Below are positions 1 through 9,314 of a stretch of DNA of 48,893 bases, one piece after another. This DNA comes from a virus (taxonomy: Duplodnaviria > Caudoviricetes): positions 1 to 48,893 of the IMG/VR virus record IMGVR_UViG_3300037313_000210; one strand, 5' to 3'. The notes under the pieces were generated by a model. The model ran no database searches. It saw only the letters and a list, made by a program, of their open reading frames with translations, and was not told the DNA's origin. Position numbers and translations under genes: made by a program. Within the stretch, counting starts at the first letter, position 1; the number at the start of each line of letters is the position of its first letter.

Positions 1-153
1 CCTGAACAGGTAATCAGACGTATCGCGACGTTCAACCCTAAGTTGGCTCTTGATCTTCAAGAAAGGTACGTAGACAACCAGCGTCAGCAAATGAACGTTG
101 ACAAAAGCCTCAGAGCGCAGAACCTAATTGTAGACAAGTACGTTAGGGACCGT
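1..153. repeat. Terminal overlap, copy 1 (circular assembly overlap)
   Basis: Identical to 48741-48893 except G27 vs T48767 (GCG/GCT, both Ala); lies mid-CDS. Confidence 0.95.
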
Positions 154-699
154 GCTGCCAGCATGGCTAACACACTCAGTAACTACAAAGACCCCACTAA
201 GGCTCAGCAAATTTGGCCAACGCTTCGAAAGAGAATCATCGCTTTTGGGAACAACAGCGGTGTTGACTTGAGTTCTGAACTACCTGAAAACTACAGCGAC
301 TTCGACGTTAACTCGTTTGTTGCTGGTGGGATGTCCGTGCCTCAGGCTGAGCGCATCAAGCAGGGCGAACGCAAACTTGATCAGGGCGACAGACGCCTCG
401 ATCAAGGCGAAATGAGGCTTGAGCAGACTGGTGCCGATACGGAAAGCAGGATTGACGCCCGTGTTGCCAGAACTAGTCAGGGGCAGCAGCGTCTCGATCA
501 GAGTGCAGCCAATCAGGCACAGTCAATTAAGAACAAGAACGACACCATCGCTAGGAAGTACGGTCTGCCGGTCGATCCCGCAGAGGGCTTTGCAAAGATC
601 AGCCCTGACGGAAAACGCGGACTGAAGTTCCACAACGGTCGTTGGATGCGTTTCGAGCGTGGTTCAGACGGAAACCTTCATCCGATAGGATACCTGTAA
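1..699 (+). CDS. 3' part of DNA ejection/internal virion protein (gene starts at 48282, ~385 aa across the junction)
   Basis: Frame is continuous across the overlap (…TKDPEQVIRRIATFNPKLALDLQER…); Q-rich heptad repeats (RKLDQGD/RRLDQGE); sits between two other ejection-type genes. Confidence 0.7.
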   Translation, partial: PEQVIRRIATFNPKLALDLQERYVDNQRQQMNVDKSLRAQNLIVDKYVRDRAASMANTLSNYKDPTKAQQIWPTLRKRIIAFGNNSGVDLSSELPENYSDFDVNSFVAGGMSVPQAERIKQGERKLDQGDRRLDQGEMRLEQTGADTESRIDARVARTSQGQQRLDQSAANQAQSIKNKNDTIARKYGLPVDPAEGFAKISPDGKRGLKFHNGRWMRFERGSDGNLHPIGYL

Positions 700-702
700 A
701 AC

Positions 703-3700
703 TTGGCTAGTCTTTGGGACGACCCCGACATTTGGGGTGACAACAAAAGTGGAAAGAAGACTGCTCTAGGGCGGCTGGCAGACTCCGTAACTAACACCCT
801 CGCCAACATTGGTGAAGGGGCGGTTCACGCCGTACCGGATACCCTTGGGTTCCTAGGCGACATTCTTCAGAGCGGTGCATACCTAAGGCGGGGCAATCTC
901 TCTGCCATGAGTATCCCGGGAACTGGTCCGATTTCTCAGGCAGTCCAGAAGTCGTTCAGCGAGGCTGAAGACAAGTACACCAAAGGCCAAACCCCTAAGC
1001 CTAAGAACAAAGTTGACGAGTACGCCAACAACATCAGTCGCGGTATCGCTGACGCCATGATGGGGGGTGGGCCGGAAACTGCTGTGCCCGCTTTGCTTTC
1101 CGGTGCCGCCGGTGGTGCAGCCGCCCTGGGTACGTACGACCTAACTGGAAACAACACCCTAGCTACTTTGGCCGGTTTGACAGCCGGTATTGCGGCTCCG
1201 GGTGCCCACGCGTACTTCAGCAGCCCCGCTCGGATGATCGCTCGCGGTGCGTCCTACCCTAACTTCTCGTTTCTCGTGCGTACGGTAGAAGACCTCGAAA
1301 GAGGTGGAACCCTCGACAACCCGAAGGTCAATCCGAAATCCGGGGCGATGGGAGTGATGCAGGTTACTCCGGAGACGGCTCGTCAGCCGGGATACGGTAT
1401 TCGTCCGTGGAACGGAAAGGATCAGACTGACCTAGCCCGAGTAGGTCGTCAGAAGCTGGCCGCTCTAAACGGTAAGTACGGCGGTGACACCGACAAGGTT
1501 CTCGCTGCGTACAACTGGGGTGAAGGAAATCTCGACAGGGCTATTAAGAAGTACGGAGACGACTGGTACTCCCACGCCCCCCACGAGACGCAGAACTACG
1601 TAGCCAACGGTGCTCGTCAGCCAGGCGAAGGTGGAAGTGTTGGTGGTCCGGTCCGTTCTATGGAGTCAGAGGACATTGCCTCGGCGTTGGGGAACAAGCA
1701 GGCGGAAGACCTACAAGACCTTGCGTCTGTTACGCAAATTCCGGACGACAACATTATTCAAGGGCGCTTTGGACATCCTTTTGAAACTCTTCAGGACCAA
1801 ATTGATGCTGTGGGTAGGTCAGGAGAAACACACCCTCGAACTAAATGGGATGGTGCTTTAGATCAATTAGAAGCTAATTATAAAGCGGGACGAATTTCTG
1901 AAGAAGAGTTTGATGCTCAGTTGAATCGAATCGGCCGTCAATTTTCTGACGAATCTCAGTCCCAAAATGTTCTAACCCCTGCTGAACGGCAGGACATGGA
2001 TGCCTCAGTTCCCACTCAGCCGGTAGATAACACCGGTTACGAGAAGTACACTCCGTACGTTGAAGAGCCTCCCGCTCCGGCTAATGATGTCGAAGGCAAG
2101 TCTCCAATGGATTTGGAGCTGGAGAATAGGGTTAATACGCCCGAAAACATTGCTGGAGCTAAGGACGTTTGGGATAAGGCGCATGAAGATTACATGTCGC
2201 AGTTCCAACAGCCAGACGATTACAATTCGGCTTTGATTCGCCAAAGGGGCGGAACTGGTCGCAAGTTCACAATGTCACCTGATGATTTTCAGGCAGCTCT
2301 GGATCATGCTGACGAAGCAGTTCACAAATACTGGCAAGACAAGGTAGACACAGCCAAAGCCGATTTAGATAAGGAGGGCTTCGGAAGTGGCGGACAAGAG
2401 CCTCCGAATGAACCACCTTCGGGCGGTGATGGAACAGGTCCGACTGACGGTGGTGAAGAGCCCCCTGTCTCTCGCTCTGACGAAGAGCTGACTGACAAGC
2501 TCGCCCTCACTGTAAAGAACGCCAAGCCTCTTCGTGAGCAGCAGGAAAGCCTGTACCACAAAGAACGCTCCAAGCGACTGAAGGCCATGCAAGACGCCGC
2601 GAAGATGACTTCCGGCGAGGACAGAGTTCGTGCCCGCCTCTCGGCTCTCGGTGGCGATCTTCCTAAAGTTGACTACGAAGGTGTTCGAGGACAGTTCTCC
2701 CAAGAAGAGATCAACCGCCTGAACGACATCATTGAGGAACACCCCCGTCTCGGAGACTTCGACAAAGTACACGCCGAAGCCGGGTTGAAGAAACTCCTCG
2801 AAGGTTCAGTACCGACCCACGGTGAACTCCGTCTGTTGGCCGAGGCTTTCCCCGACAAAGTAATCAAGGCGATTCTAGATAAGCGAGAGTTCGGAGAGAA
2901 GTTCAACGACTTCATCCTGAACGCCTCTTCAGCCAGCCGTGCCCTTCGAGCTTCGGGAGACCTTTCTGCACCACTTCGTCAGGGTATCAACCTAATCGGT
3001 ACTAAGGCGTTCTGGAAGAGTTTCTTCACGATGTTCAAGTCGATGGGGAAAGAAGGCTTCGAAGCCGTACAGAACGAAATCGCCAGTCGCCCTACGTTTC
3101 CGCTGATGCAGCGTTCGGGATTGGCCATTACCAAGGTCAGTCGAATTCTCGACGACCGAGAGGAAATGTTCCTTTCTACTTGGGCGGAAAAGCTTCCTCA
3201 CGTCAAGTACTCAGAACGGGCGTACATCGCCTTCCTCAACAAGCTCCGTGCCGACACTTTCGACAGCCTAGTTAAGCAGTCGTACGCAGCCGGTATCGAC
3301 TTCAGAGAGAGTCCGAAAGCTTTGAAGGACATTGCCACGTACGTTAACAACGCCACCGGAAGAGGCTCTCTCGGCCAACTGGCTGGCTCTTACAAACTCT
3401 TGAACGCCACGTTGTTCGCTCCACGCCTCATGGCTTCGAGGGCGAAGATGCTTACGTGGTTCTTTAACCCGAGCTTCTACACGACGTTGAATCCTGTAGT
3501 CCGTCGGGCTTACATCAGTAACATGATTAAGATGGGGGGAATAGTCGGAACTGCTGTGGGGCTCGCCAAGATGGGCGGCCTAGGAGTCGACGTGGACCCG
3601 AGGAGCAGTGACTTCGGTAAGGTTAAAGTGGGGAATACTCGGTTCGACCCGTGGGGCGGCTACCAGCAGTACGTTCGACTGGCTTCCGTACTGGTAGCCG

Positions 3701-4128
3701 GTGAGAAAGTCAGTCCAACCACCGGAGCCGTGACTTCACTTACAGACGGCAAGTTCGGACACGGTACTCGCTTCGATGCTGTCGTTGACTTCTTGCGCAA
3801 CAAGGAGTCGCCTATGGCCAGTATCGTAGACGATCTCCTCAGTCTTCCGAAGGACAGGTTCGGACAGAAGATCACCCCCACGAAAGAAGCAATTAATCTG
3901 TTCGTCCCGATGGTTGAAGAGGACATTCGACAGGCTTGGCAGGACAATCACGCAGCCGGAATAGCTGCCGGTCCTGCTGCGATGTTCGGTGTTGGAGTAC
4001 AGACTTATCAGCCTAAGGAGCCGAAGACTGGGACGAAAGACCCGTTCAGCGATCCTGCTTTGTGGGGGGGTGCCTCTCCGACCACTAAAGACCCGTTTAG
4101 CGATCCTAGTATTTGGAGTGGGCAGTGA
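703..4128 (+). CDS. Large DNA ejection protein with lytic transglycosylase (SLT) domain
   Basis: SLT motifs: catalytic E (LERGG), GAMGVMQV, LAAYNWGEG, ETQNYV; 1141 aa; last gene of the virion module. Confidence 0.85.
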   Translation: MASLWDDPDIWGDNKSGKKTALGRLADSVTNTLANIGEGAVHAVPDTLGFLGDILQSGAYLRRGNLSAMSIPGTGPISQAVQKSFSEAEDKYTKGQTPKPKNKVDEYANNISRGIADAMMGGGPETAVPALLSGAAGGAAALGTYDLTGNNTLATLAGLTAGIAAPGAHAYFSSPARMIARGASYPNFSFLVRTVEDLERGGTLDNPKVNPKSGAMGVMQVTPETARQPGYGIRPWNGKDQTDLARVGRQKLAALNGKYGGDTDKVLAAYNWGEGNLDRAIKKYGDDWYSHAPHETQNYVANGARQPGEGGSVGGPVRSMESEDIASALGNKQAEDLQDLASVTQIPDDNIIQGRFGHPFETLQDQIDAVGRSGETHPRTKWDGALDQLEANYKAGRISEEEFDAQLNRIGRQFSDESQSQNVLTPAERQDMDASVPTQPVDNTGYEKYTPYVEEPPAPANDVEGKSPMDLELENRVNTPENIAGAKDVWDKAHEDYMSQFQQPDDYNSALIRQRGGTGRKFTMSPDDFQAALDHADEAVHKYWQDKVDTAKADLDKEGFGSGGQEPPNEPPSGGDGTGPTDGGEEPPVSRSDEELTDKLALTVKNAKPLREQQESLYHKERSKRLKAMQDAAKMTSGEDRVRARLSALGGDLPKVDYEGVRGQFSQEEINRLNDIIEEHPRLGDFDKVHAEAGLKKLLEGSVPTHGELRLLAEAFPDKVIKAILDKREFGEKFNDFILNASSASRALRASGDLSAPLRQGINLIGTKAFWKSFFTMFKSMGKEGFEAVQNEIASRPTFPLMQRSGLAITKVSRILDDREEMFLSTWAEKLPHVKYSERAYIAFLNKLRADTFDSLVKQSYAAGIDFRESPKALKDIATYVNNATGRGSLGQLAGSYKLLNATLFAPRLMASRAKMLTWFFNPSFYTTLNPVVRRAYISNMIKMGGIVGTAVGLAKMGGLGVDVDPRSSDFGKVKVGNTRFDPWGGYQQYVRLASVLVAGEKVSPTTGAVTSLTDGKFGHGTRFDAVVDFLRNKESPMASIVDDLLSLPKDRFGQKITPTKEAINLFVPMVEEDIRQAWQDNHAAGIAAGPAAMFGVGVQTYQPKEPKTGTKDPFSDPALWGGASPTTKDPFSDPSIWSGQ

Positions 4129-4319
4129 AGTTAACAGAGTTGGAGCGTATTACAGCCGTGGAAGTCAGACTGACCACCCTCGAAGAGAAGATGGACAAGA
4201 TGGACAAGAAGCTGGACGACCTTCTGGCTCTTCGCAACAAAGGTGCGGGTGTCCTGTGGTTCTTCGGCCCCGTCGGCCTAGTAATACTAGAACTAATACA
4301 CTACTTTTGGAGTAAGTAA
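4125..4319 (+). CDS. Small coiled-coil + C-terminal TM lysis-associated protein (XhlA-like/holin-like)
   Basis: GTGA overlap with upstream stop, GGAG SD; heptad N-terminus and a single hydrophobic C-terminal helix; precedes the holin. Confidence 0.6.
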   Translation: MKLTELERITAVEVRLTTLEEKMDKMDKKLDDLLALRNKGAGVLWFFGPVGLVILELIHYFWSK

Positions 4320-4322
4320 ATC

Positions 4323-4787
4323 ATGGCAATACCGTTTCTGGACATTGCTAACATCCTCGGCCAAGTGATCGACAGGGTAGTCCCCGATCCTCAGGCTAAG
4401 ATGGACCTACAACTTCAGTTGGCTAAGCTGGCCGATCAAGACGCACAGCGAGAGCACGACGAGAACATGGGTCAAATCCAAACTAACATTGCGGAGGCCA
4501 ACAACAGGTCGGTCTTCGTTGCTGGCTGGCGTCCGTTCATCGGGTGGGGCTGCGGTGGGGCACTTCTGTACAACACCCTGTTCGCTCCGCTGTTCCACTT
4601 TCAAGTGGCTGACTTAGGCTTCCTTCAGACTATTCTCATGGCGATGCTCGGCCTCGGGGCCATGCGCTCGTACGACAAGGCCAAGGGGACGTCCAACGAC
4701 GTGCTTCCTATCCTGCCCCCTAAGTCGGCGGAGGTCCCGCAAGCCGCGCCCGGAAAAAAACGGAAGAAGTTTCTCGGCCTATTTTAG
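4323..4787 (+). CDS. 3TM holin (GTA-type)
   Basis: S-x-FVAGWRPFIGW motif, hydrophobic segments, GxRSxDK C-terminal motif; next to the lysozyme. Confidence 0.85.
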   Translation: MAIPFLDIANILGQVIDRVVPDPQAKMDLQLQLAKLADQDAQREHDENMGQIQTNIAEANNRSVFVAGWRPFIGWGCGGALLYNTLFAPLFHFQVADLGFLQTILMAMLGLGAMRSYDKAKGTSNDVLPILPPKSAEVPQAAPGKKRKKFLGLF

Positions 4788-4807
4788 CTGAGAGTAACTC
4801 CGTCAAG

Positions 4808-5236
4808 TTGATGCAGCCCTCAGAGGCTTGCTACGACTTAGTTAAACGATCAGAGGGGTGTCGTCTAAAGGCTTACAAGGATACCGGGGGCGTATGGACT
4901 ATTGGCTACGGACATACTCGTAACGTGCGTCCCGGCCAAACGATCAGTCCAAATGATGCTGTCGCCTTCCTTAAGGGCGATCTGCAAGCATCCGTTGAAG
5001 TAGTCAACAAGAACGCGTTGCCTTGCACTCAAGGACAATTCGATGCGTTGGTAGATTTCGTCTTCAATCTCGGGGCTAAGCAATTCTTGTCCTCCACTCT
5101 TTTAAATAAACACAAAAAAGGCGACTACGAAGGAGCCGCCAAGGAATTTGGACGATGGGTCCACGACAACGGGAAAGTTCTACCCGGTTTGGTGAAACGA
5201 CGTGAAGCAGAAAGGAAAATGTACGTTGGGTCTTAG
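4808..5236 (+). CDS. Endolysin, GH24 phage lysozyme
   Basis: EGCRLKAYKDTGGVWTIGYGHT (E-D-T triad), QFDALVDFVFNLG, GLVKRREAE. Confidence 0.95.
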   Translation: MMQPSEACYDLVKRSEGCRLKAYKDTGGVWTIGYGHTRNVRPGQTISPNDAVAFLKGDLQASVEVVNKNALPCTQGQFDALVDFVFNLGAKQFLSSTLLNKHKKGDYEGAAKEFGRWVHDNGKVLPGLVKRREAERKMYVGS

Positions 5237-5873
5237 TGGTGTGTTGGCGTTGATTGGGTTGGTTTTAACGCCGTCGAGTACTTTCCAGCCTAAGGACGTT
5301 GACGTCCCGCCTTCCATGAACCTCAGTAACATCCACGCGATTTATTGTACGGACGGAGGCATGTTTTACCAAGGAACGGGTTTCCTGATTGCCAAGAACG
5401 TAATCGCCACGGCTAACCACGTGGCTGAAGATCAGACGTGCATAGACAAGACAACTGGTGAGCCGTTGAAGACGTACAAGACGGACAAGCGTCACGACTT
5501 CGCTTTGATGACTGAAGCAGCCGAGTCCGTCGGTCCGTACACCCGGTATTCCTGCCAGCGTCCTGATCCCGGCCAGTACTACATTTCGTACGGATGGTCG
5601 TCTCTCGGGATGCCTGACTTCTTTACCCCGATCCTTCGGAACAACAACCTGCTTTCGACTAAACGACACAGCAAAACCGGAGACGTGTCAAGTTTCCTTG
5701 ACAGCTCCGGCATGAGAATTTACAACTTTCCGATTGCTGCTGGTACGTCAGGCGGGCCTGTGGCCGACATCTTCGGTAACGTAATCGCTATTAACAACGC
5801 AGGTAACGACGAGGAAACGTTGTTGTTTGACCTCGCCGATACCGCGCTGTGTACGGGTAAGTGGGATAAGTAG
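5202..5873 (+). CDS. Trypsin-like serine protease with N-terminal signal/anchor
   Basis: GTGF, TANHV (His), HDFAL (Asp), GTSGGPV (Ser); basic then hydrophobic N-terminus. Confidence 0.85.
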   Translation: MKQKGKCTLGLSGVLALIGLVLTPSSTFQPKDVDVPPSMNLSNIHAIYCTDGGMFYQGTGFLIAKNVIATANHVAEDQTCIDKTTGEPLKTYKTDKRHDFALMTEAAESVGPYTRYSCQRPDPGQYYISYGWSSLGMPDFFTPILRNNNLLSTKRHSKTGDVSSFLDSSGMRIYNFPIAAGTSGGPVADIFGNVIAINNAGNDEETLLFDLADTALCTGKWDK

Positions 5874-5972
5874 GGTCCGGAGCTTTCCATTAGTCGAGAT
5901 ATTTACTCCGACAGGATTGTGCTTATCTCCGGCTTACGTCTTGGTGCACAGTCTTCGACCATCAGACCCCAT

Positions 5973-6134
5973 TTAATCTTGCGGAGCATCGCTAGGTTCG
6001 AACTGACTTTCGAAGTCCTCGAAGCTTAGGAAGAAAATGTTCTGATCGTTGGGGTAACACTGTCTGACAATTACCCCGTCGTTCATCAGCTTGGCGTCGT
6101 AAAGTAGCCAAGTTTCCTTATCCCTAAACCTCAC
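5973..6134 (-). CDS. Small hypothetical protein (53 aa)
   Basis: GTG overlapping the end of nrdJ; C-terminal FESQFE; only the 3' part of the 157-aa track ORF is plausible. Confidence 0.45.
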   Translation of the reverse strand: MRFRDKETWLLYDAKLMNDGVIVRQCYPNDQNIFFLSFEDFESQFEPSDAPQD

Positions 6135-8001
6135 AAAATCCGGCGACGCAGGCGAGTTCTTGTGTTCCTGTGGTATTATCTTCTCTTTCGTATTCTGAGA
6201 GCCTCGTCCAGTCAATTTGGGCGGGGCTTTTTCGTACCCACTCTTCGTACTGTTCTTCTGTGAGAGTTTGGTACGGAGCCTGCGGATACTCGGTTGGGTC
6301 AAATGGTAGAAAGCTAACGCCAGACAACAGATCGAAATGTCTGTGACACCAAGCTGCAACGTCCAACCACTCGTCCTCTGCAACAGAGATTGTAACCGAC
6401 GGCTTGTGTTCGCACCAGTCTTGCTGAAACTTTTTCCAAACTTCAAGGAACTCTACCGCTTCCAAATCTTTCCGAACCACGGACCCACTAGGAGATTTCT
6501 GCGGGAAGTAGAAGACCATTGTAGAAGAGTTTCGTTGATCTTCTTCACACGGAACGCCGCATTCGACAAGAAATTGTGTGATTGGGTCTTTCTTGTCATT
6601 GCGAACTGAACGAAGATAATATGGAGACCAACGAGGATGAATTCCAGAGGCACTGTTAACAAGCTGACTGACAGTTCCGCTAGGCTTAACGCAAGTAACA
6701 GCAGCGCTTCGAGATATTCCAAGACGGTCCGCCCACTCTGCGTTAGTTTCGTTCGCAACTCTTTTAAGTCCATTTAGATCAATCTTTCCGTTAAAAAGAT
6801 CACGATTGTCAGCAATACCAGTAAGCGAAACACCTAGGAGTCGCTCTTCTTCGGTGTTCTTTTGCCAGATTTTCCGAAGGTATCTGAAGTTCGTGAACGT
6901 GGACTGAATTGTGCCGAGAATTGTAGCGAGGCGGACTTTCCGTTCAAGGTCGCTACTTTTATCTTCAGGTCGGACAACAACTTCCGTGAGGTTGCAGAAC
7001 TGGAAAGGTCGAAGGATGATCTCTGAGCATGGGTTTGTGCCAAAGTCATAGTTCGGATCGCGTTTTCCAAGCTTTTCAACGATCCTTCGAGAAGCGTCTC
7101 GATTGAAGATACCTCGCTCTCCCGACTTGCTGTCGTAGAGGGCTTTCCACTCTTTGAGGAATTCTCCGACTTCTGGTTTGCCATTGTACACCGCCGAGTT
7201 GTTAGCTAGCTGGCGATGAACGTGGCCTTCCCACCAAGCGCCAGACTTGGCGGTGGCCATTGCCTCGGAACCGAGGTCACTTAGACTGATCATTGCCGAC
7301 CGCCTGACACCGCCTACTACAACGACGTCGGCGACCATGCACATCAAGTCGTGTGCTTCAATGGGAGACAGACGACGACCCGCTCCTCCCTTAAAGAGTC
7401 GCACACTGAAGTCAAAAAGTCGAACAAGAGGCTCGGGTCCCGAAGCTCTTCCTCCAAACGTCTTGAGTCGTGCACCAGCAGGTCGTACTCGCGACACGTC
7501 CCACTTGGGGATTCGACCAGCAATGAGTAGGGTGAGTAGCTCACGGAAGGACTTGCACCAGCCCTCTTTACTATCCTCAACGACAATAGTTGTGTCGGTT
7601 TCTTCGAACTGCTCAGTAATGCGCGGGAGTTGTTGGACATACTTTTCTTCTACGCTAAAGCCTACGCCGGTGCCACACATGAGAATGTACATGGCTTCGT
7701 CGAAACTGCGGATACTATCTACGGGAAGGTACGCACAGTTGTATGCACCGACGTTACATCGGTCGAGTGCGGGACCGGCAGTCATCATGCACCTCATGGA
7801 GGGCATGACTTCCATGTTCAGAATGGCTGTTCTCAATTCAGCATGAATTCCTTCATATCCAAACTGATCTTTAAGTCCCACCTGCTTAACGTAATATTGA
7901 ATTAGGCGCTCTACCGTCTCTTCCCAAGTCTCTCTGCGTCCGTCTTCCTCTCGCCACCGTGCGTACCTACTTCGGTGAATGAACGTTTGATAGTCGTCTA
8001 T
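6124..8001 (-). CDS. nrdJ: Class II (B12-dependent) ribonucleoside-triphosphate reductase, probable ATA start
   Basis: YQTFIHRSRYARW…RRETWEETV N-terminal motif lies upstream of the track start; PSMR, NCAY, GGVRRSA, GTNPCSEI, CVKPSGTVSQL, C-terminal CVAGFCEV. Confidence 0.92.
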   Translation of the reverse strand: MDDYQTFIHRSRYARWREEDGRRETWEETVERLIQYYVKQVGLKDQFGYEGIHAELRTAILNMEVMPSMRCMMTAGPALDRCNVGAYNCAYLPVDSIRSFDEAMYILMCGTGVGFSVEEKYVQQLPRITEQFEETDTTIVVEDSKEGWCKSFRELLTLLIAGRIPKWDVSRVRPAGARLKTFGGRASGPEPLVRLFDFSVRLFKGGAGRRLSPIEAHDLMCMVADVVVVGGVRRSAMISLSDLGSEAMATAKSGAWWEGHVHRQLANNSAVYNGKPEVGEFLKEWKALYDSKSGERGIFNRDASRRIVEKLGKRDPNYDFGTNPCSEIILRPFQFCNLTEVVVRPEDKSSDLERKVRLATILGTIQSTFTNFRYLRKIWQKNTEEERLLGVSLTGIADNRDLFNGKIDLNGLKRVANETNAEWADRLGISRSAAVTCVKPSGTVSQLVNSASGIHPRWSPYYLRSVRNDKKDPITQFLVECGVPCEEDQRNSSTMVFYFPQKSPSGSVVRKDLEAVEFLEVWKKFQQDWCEHKPSVTISVAEDEWLDVAAWCHRHFDLLSGVSFLPFDPTEYPQAPYQTLTEEQYEEWVRKSPAQIDWTRLSEYEREDNTTGTQELACVAGFCEV

Positions 8002-8159
8002 TCGTCTTCTCCATACAGATAAATCTCTTTTAGCATATCATAATCCAGAACTCCCCGATCATTAAGAAATGCTATAACGTCGTCGGCGGTTTCTTCTGTG
8101 AGGTAAACCGTTTCTAAAAGTTCTTTTCTGAACTCGTCATAAACATCAACATCCCCCAT
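7998..8159 (-). CDS. Small acidic hypothetical protein (53 aa)
   Basis: ATG overlapping the upstream stop; MGDVDVYDEFRKELLETV…GEDE; its TAG overlaps the nrdJ ATA. Confidence 0.65.
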   Translation of the reverse strand: MGDVDVYDEFRKELLETVYLTEETADDVIAFLNDRGVLDYDMLKEIYLYGEDE

Positions 8160-8590
8160 CATAGTCCCCTCATGTCGATTGTGTCACCTGTCTGAATGGC
8201 GTTGATCAGTCTCTCGTATGCTGCGTTACCGTCGAACCGAAGAACCCACGCTACCTTACTCAGGGCTGCCTGAGCGTACGCCCACTTCTCGATCACCTCC
8301 CTGCGGGCGTAAGACATACGGGATTCGCTGTCCTCGTCCACCGGCCTGTCGAGTTCGTTGAGATACTCTTCTAGAGCTACGAACAAGTTGGCTTCGTGGG
8401 TGTCGAGAGTGTCGGAGACTTCGTTAACCCGAGTGGCGTCCTTTCCGTCGTACTGCACCCGCTCAGGGTCGGAGTGTAGGTCTGAAATGCGGTCTTCCCT
8501 GCTGTGATAGATGCGACTAACTGCTGCGTTTTTCAGCGTAATAATCCTTCCAGTAAATCCAGCCATTTGGTCTGTGAAAACCCCACTCAC
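8159..8590 (-). CDS. Degenerate MazG/dNTP-pyrophosphohydrolase-like helical protein (start uncertain)
   Basis: Helical acidic pattern and C-terminal …FDGNAAYERL…DMRGL resemble phage MazG-like proteins; nucleotide-metabolism context. Confidence 0.35.
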   Translation of the reverse strand: MSGVFTDQMAGFTGRIITLKNAAVSRIYHSREDRISDLHSDPERVQYDGKDATRVNEVSDTLDTHEANLFVALEEYLNELDRPVDEDSESRMSYARREVIEKWAYAQAALSKVAWVLRFDGNAAYERLINAIQTGDTIDMRGL

Positions 8591-8933
8591 GGGTTTTAGG
8601 ACCCATTAAGCAAAGAGTGAGTGTGTTAGGTTTGACGAAGATAATGGTGTGTTGATCTTCTTCATTAGCTCGGATGAAGTTGAACCAGCTAACTACGTGA
8701 GTCTTTCCGTTTCGCTTTTCTGAGTACCCTCCGCGAAGCACAAGGGACAAGAACGTTACAGGATGGTCGTGGTCGTAAGGCTCCGGGTCAGGCTTGTTAA
8801 TCCAGTGAAGCATGATACTGCCAAATGGTGTTTGCAACAGGTGCAGTCTAGTAATGTACTTGCTGTCAACGTCTGTCCATCTCCACACGCACCACTTGGT
8901 TCCTGACTTATACTTTCGATTTTTCCAGATCAA
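8517..8933 (-). CDS. Cupin-like phage protein
   Basis: LHWINKPD…HDHP…SLVLRGGYSE…H…TLCLMGPKTREWGF pattern. Confidence 0.55.
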   Translation of the reverse strand: MIWKNRKYKSGTKWCVWRWTDVDSKYITRLHLLQTPFGSIMLHWINKPDPEPYDHDHPVTFLSLVLRGGYSEKRNGKTHVVSWFNFIRANEEDQHTIIFVKPNTLTLCLMGPKTREWGFHRPNGWIYWKDYYAEKRSS

Positions 8934-9144
8934 TCAACAACTCCAAATAGTGAAGAGCTTTGTTCAGGTCTTCTATTCCGCCTTTATCCCTCCATCTCGT
9001 CACGTACTTTATCACGTTTCCTTCGAAGTAGCCAATACTGTTGGCGTGGATGTATTCGACGGGTTGAATGGCGTTCTTCTTGTAGTGGCGGCCACCAACT
9101 TGCATGTGGAGCGGAGAGTCCCCAGTGGTAATACTCTTCCTCAT
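8908..9144 (-). CDS. DUF3310 / T7 gp1.7-like nucleotide kinase family protein
   Basis: QVGGRHY…IQPVEYI…EGNVIKYVTRW…KGGIEDLNKALHYL. Confidence 0.85.
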   Translation of the reverse strand: MRKSITTGDSPLHMQVGGRHYKKNAIQPVEYIHANSIGYFEGNVIKYVTRWRDKGGIEDLNKALHYLELLIDLEKSKV

Positions 9145-9314
9145 TCGTCTCTTTCGTTTCGTCTGAGTCCCATGAGTTCCTCGATGTCATCTAATGCACT
9201 CTCTATCTCATCTTCAAATGCGTCGATTAGCTCGGAGACTGGGAGTTGCAAGAACTCGGCAAGCTCCCAACTTTCGAAGTAGTCTTCGATACGCAGTTTT
9301 GTCTCCCTGTCCAC
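9141..9314 (-). CDS. Small acidic hypothetical protein (57 aa; not in ORF track)
   Basis: GTG directly after the upstream TAA, TGA overlapping the next ATG; MDRETKLRIEDYFESWELAEFLQLPVSELIDAFEDEI…. Confidence 0.7.
   Translation of the reverse strand: MDRETKLRIEDYFESWELAEFLQLPVSELIDAFEDEIESALDDIEELMGLRRNERDE

Noticed and set aside
6135-6446. 5' part of the 157-aa ORF overlapping nrdJ
   Set aside because: Alternate frame inside a conserved gene with no SD; only the part from GTG 6134 is plausible.
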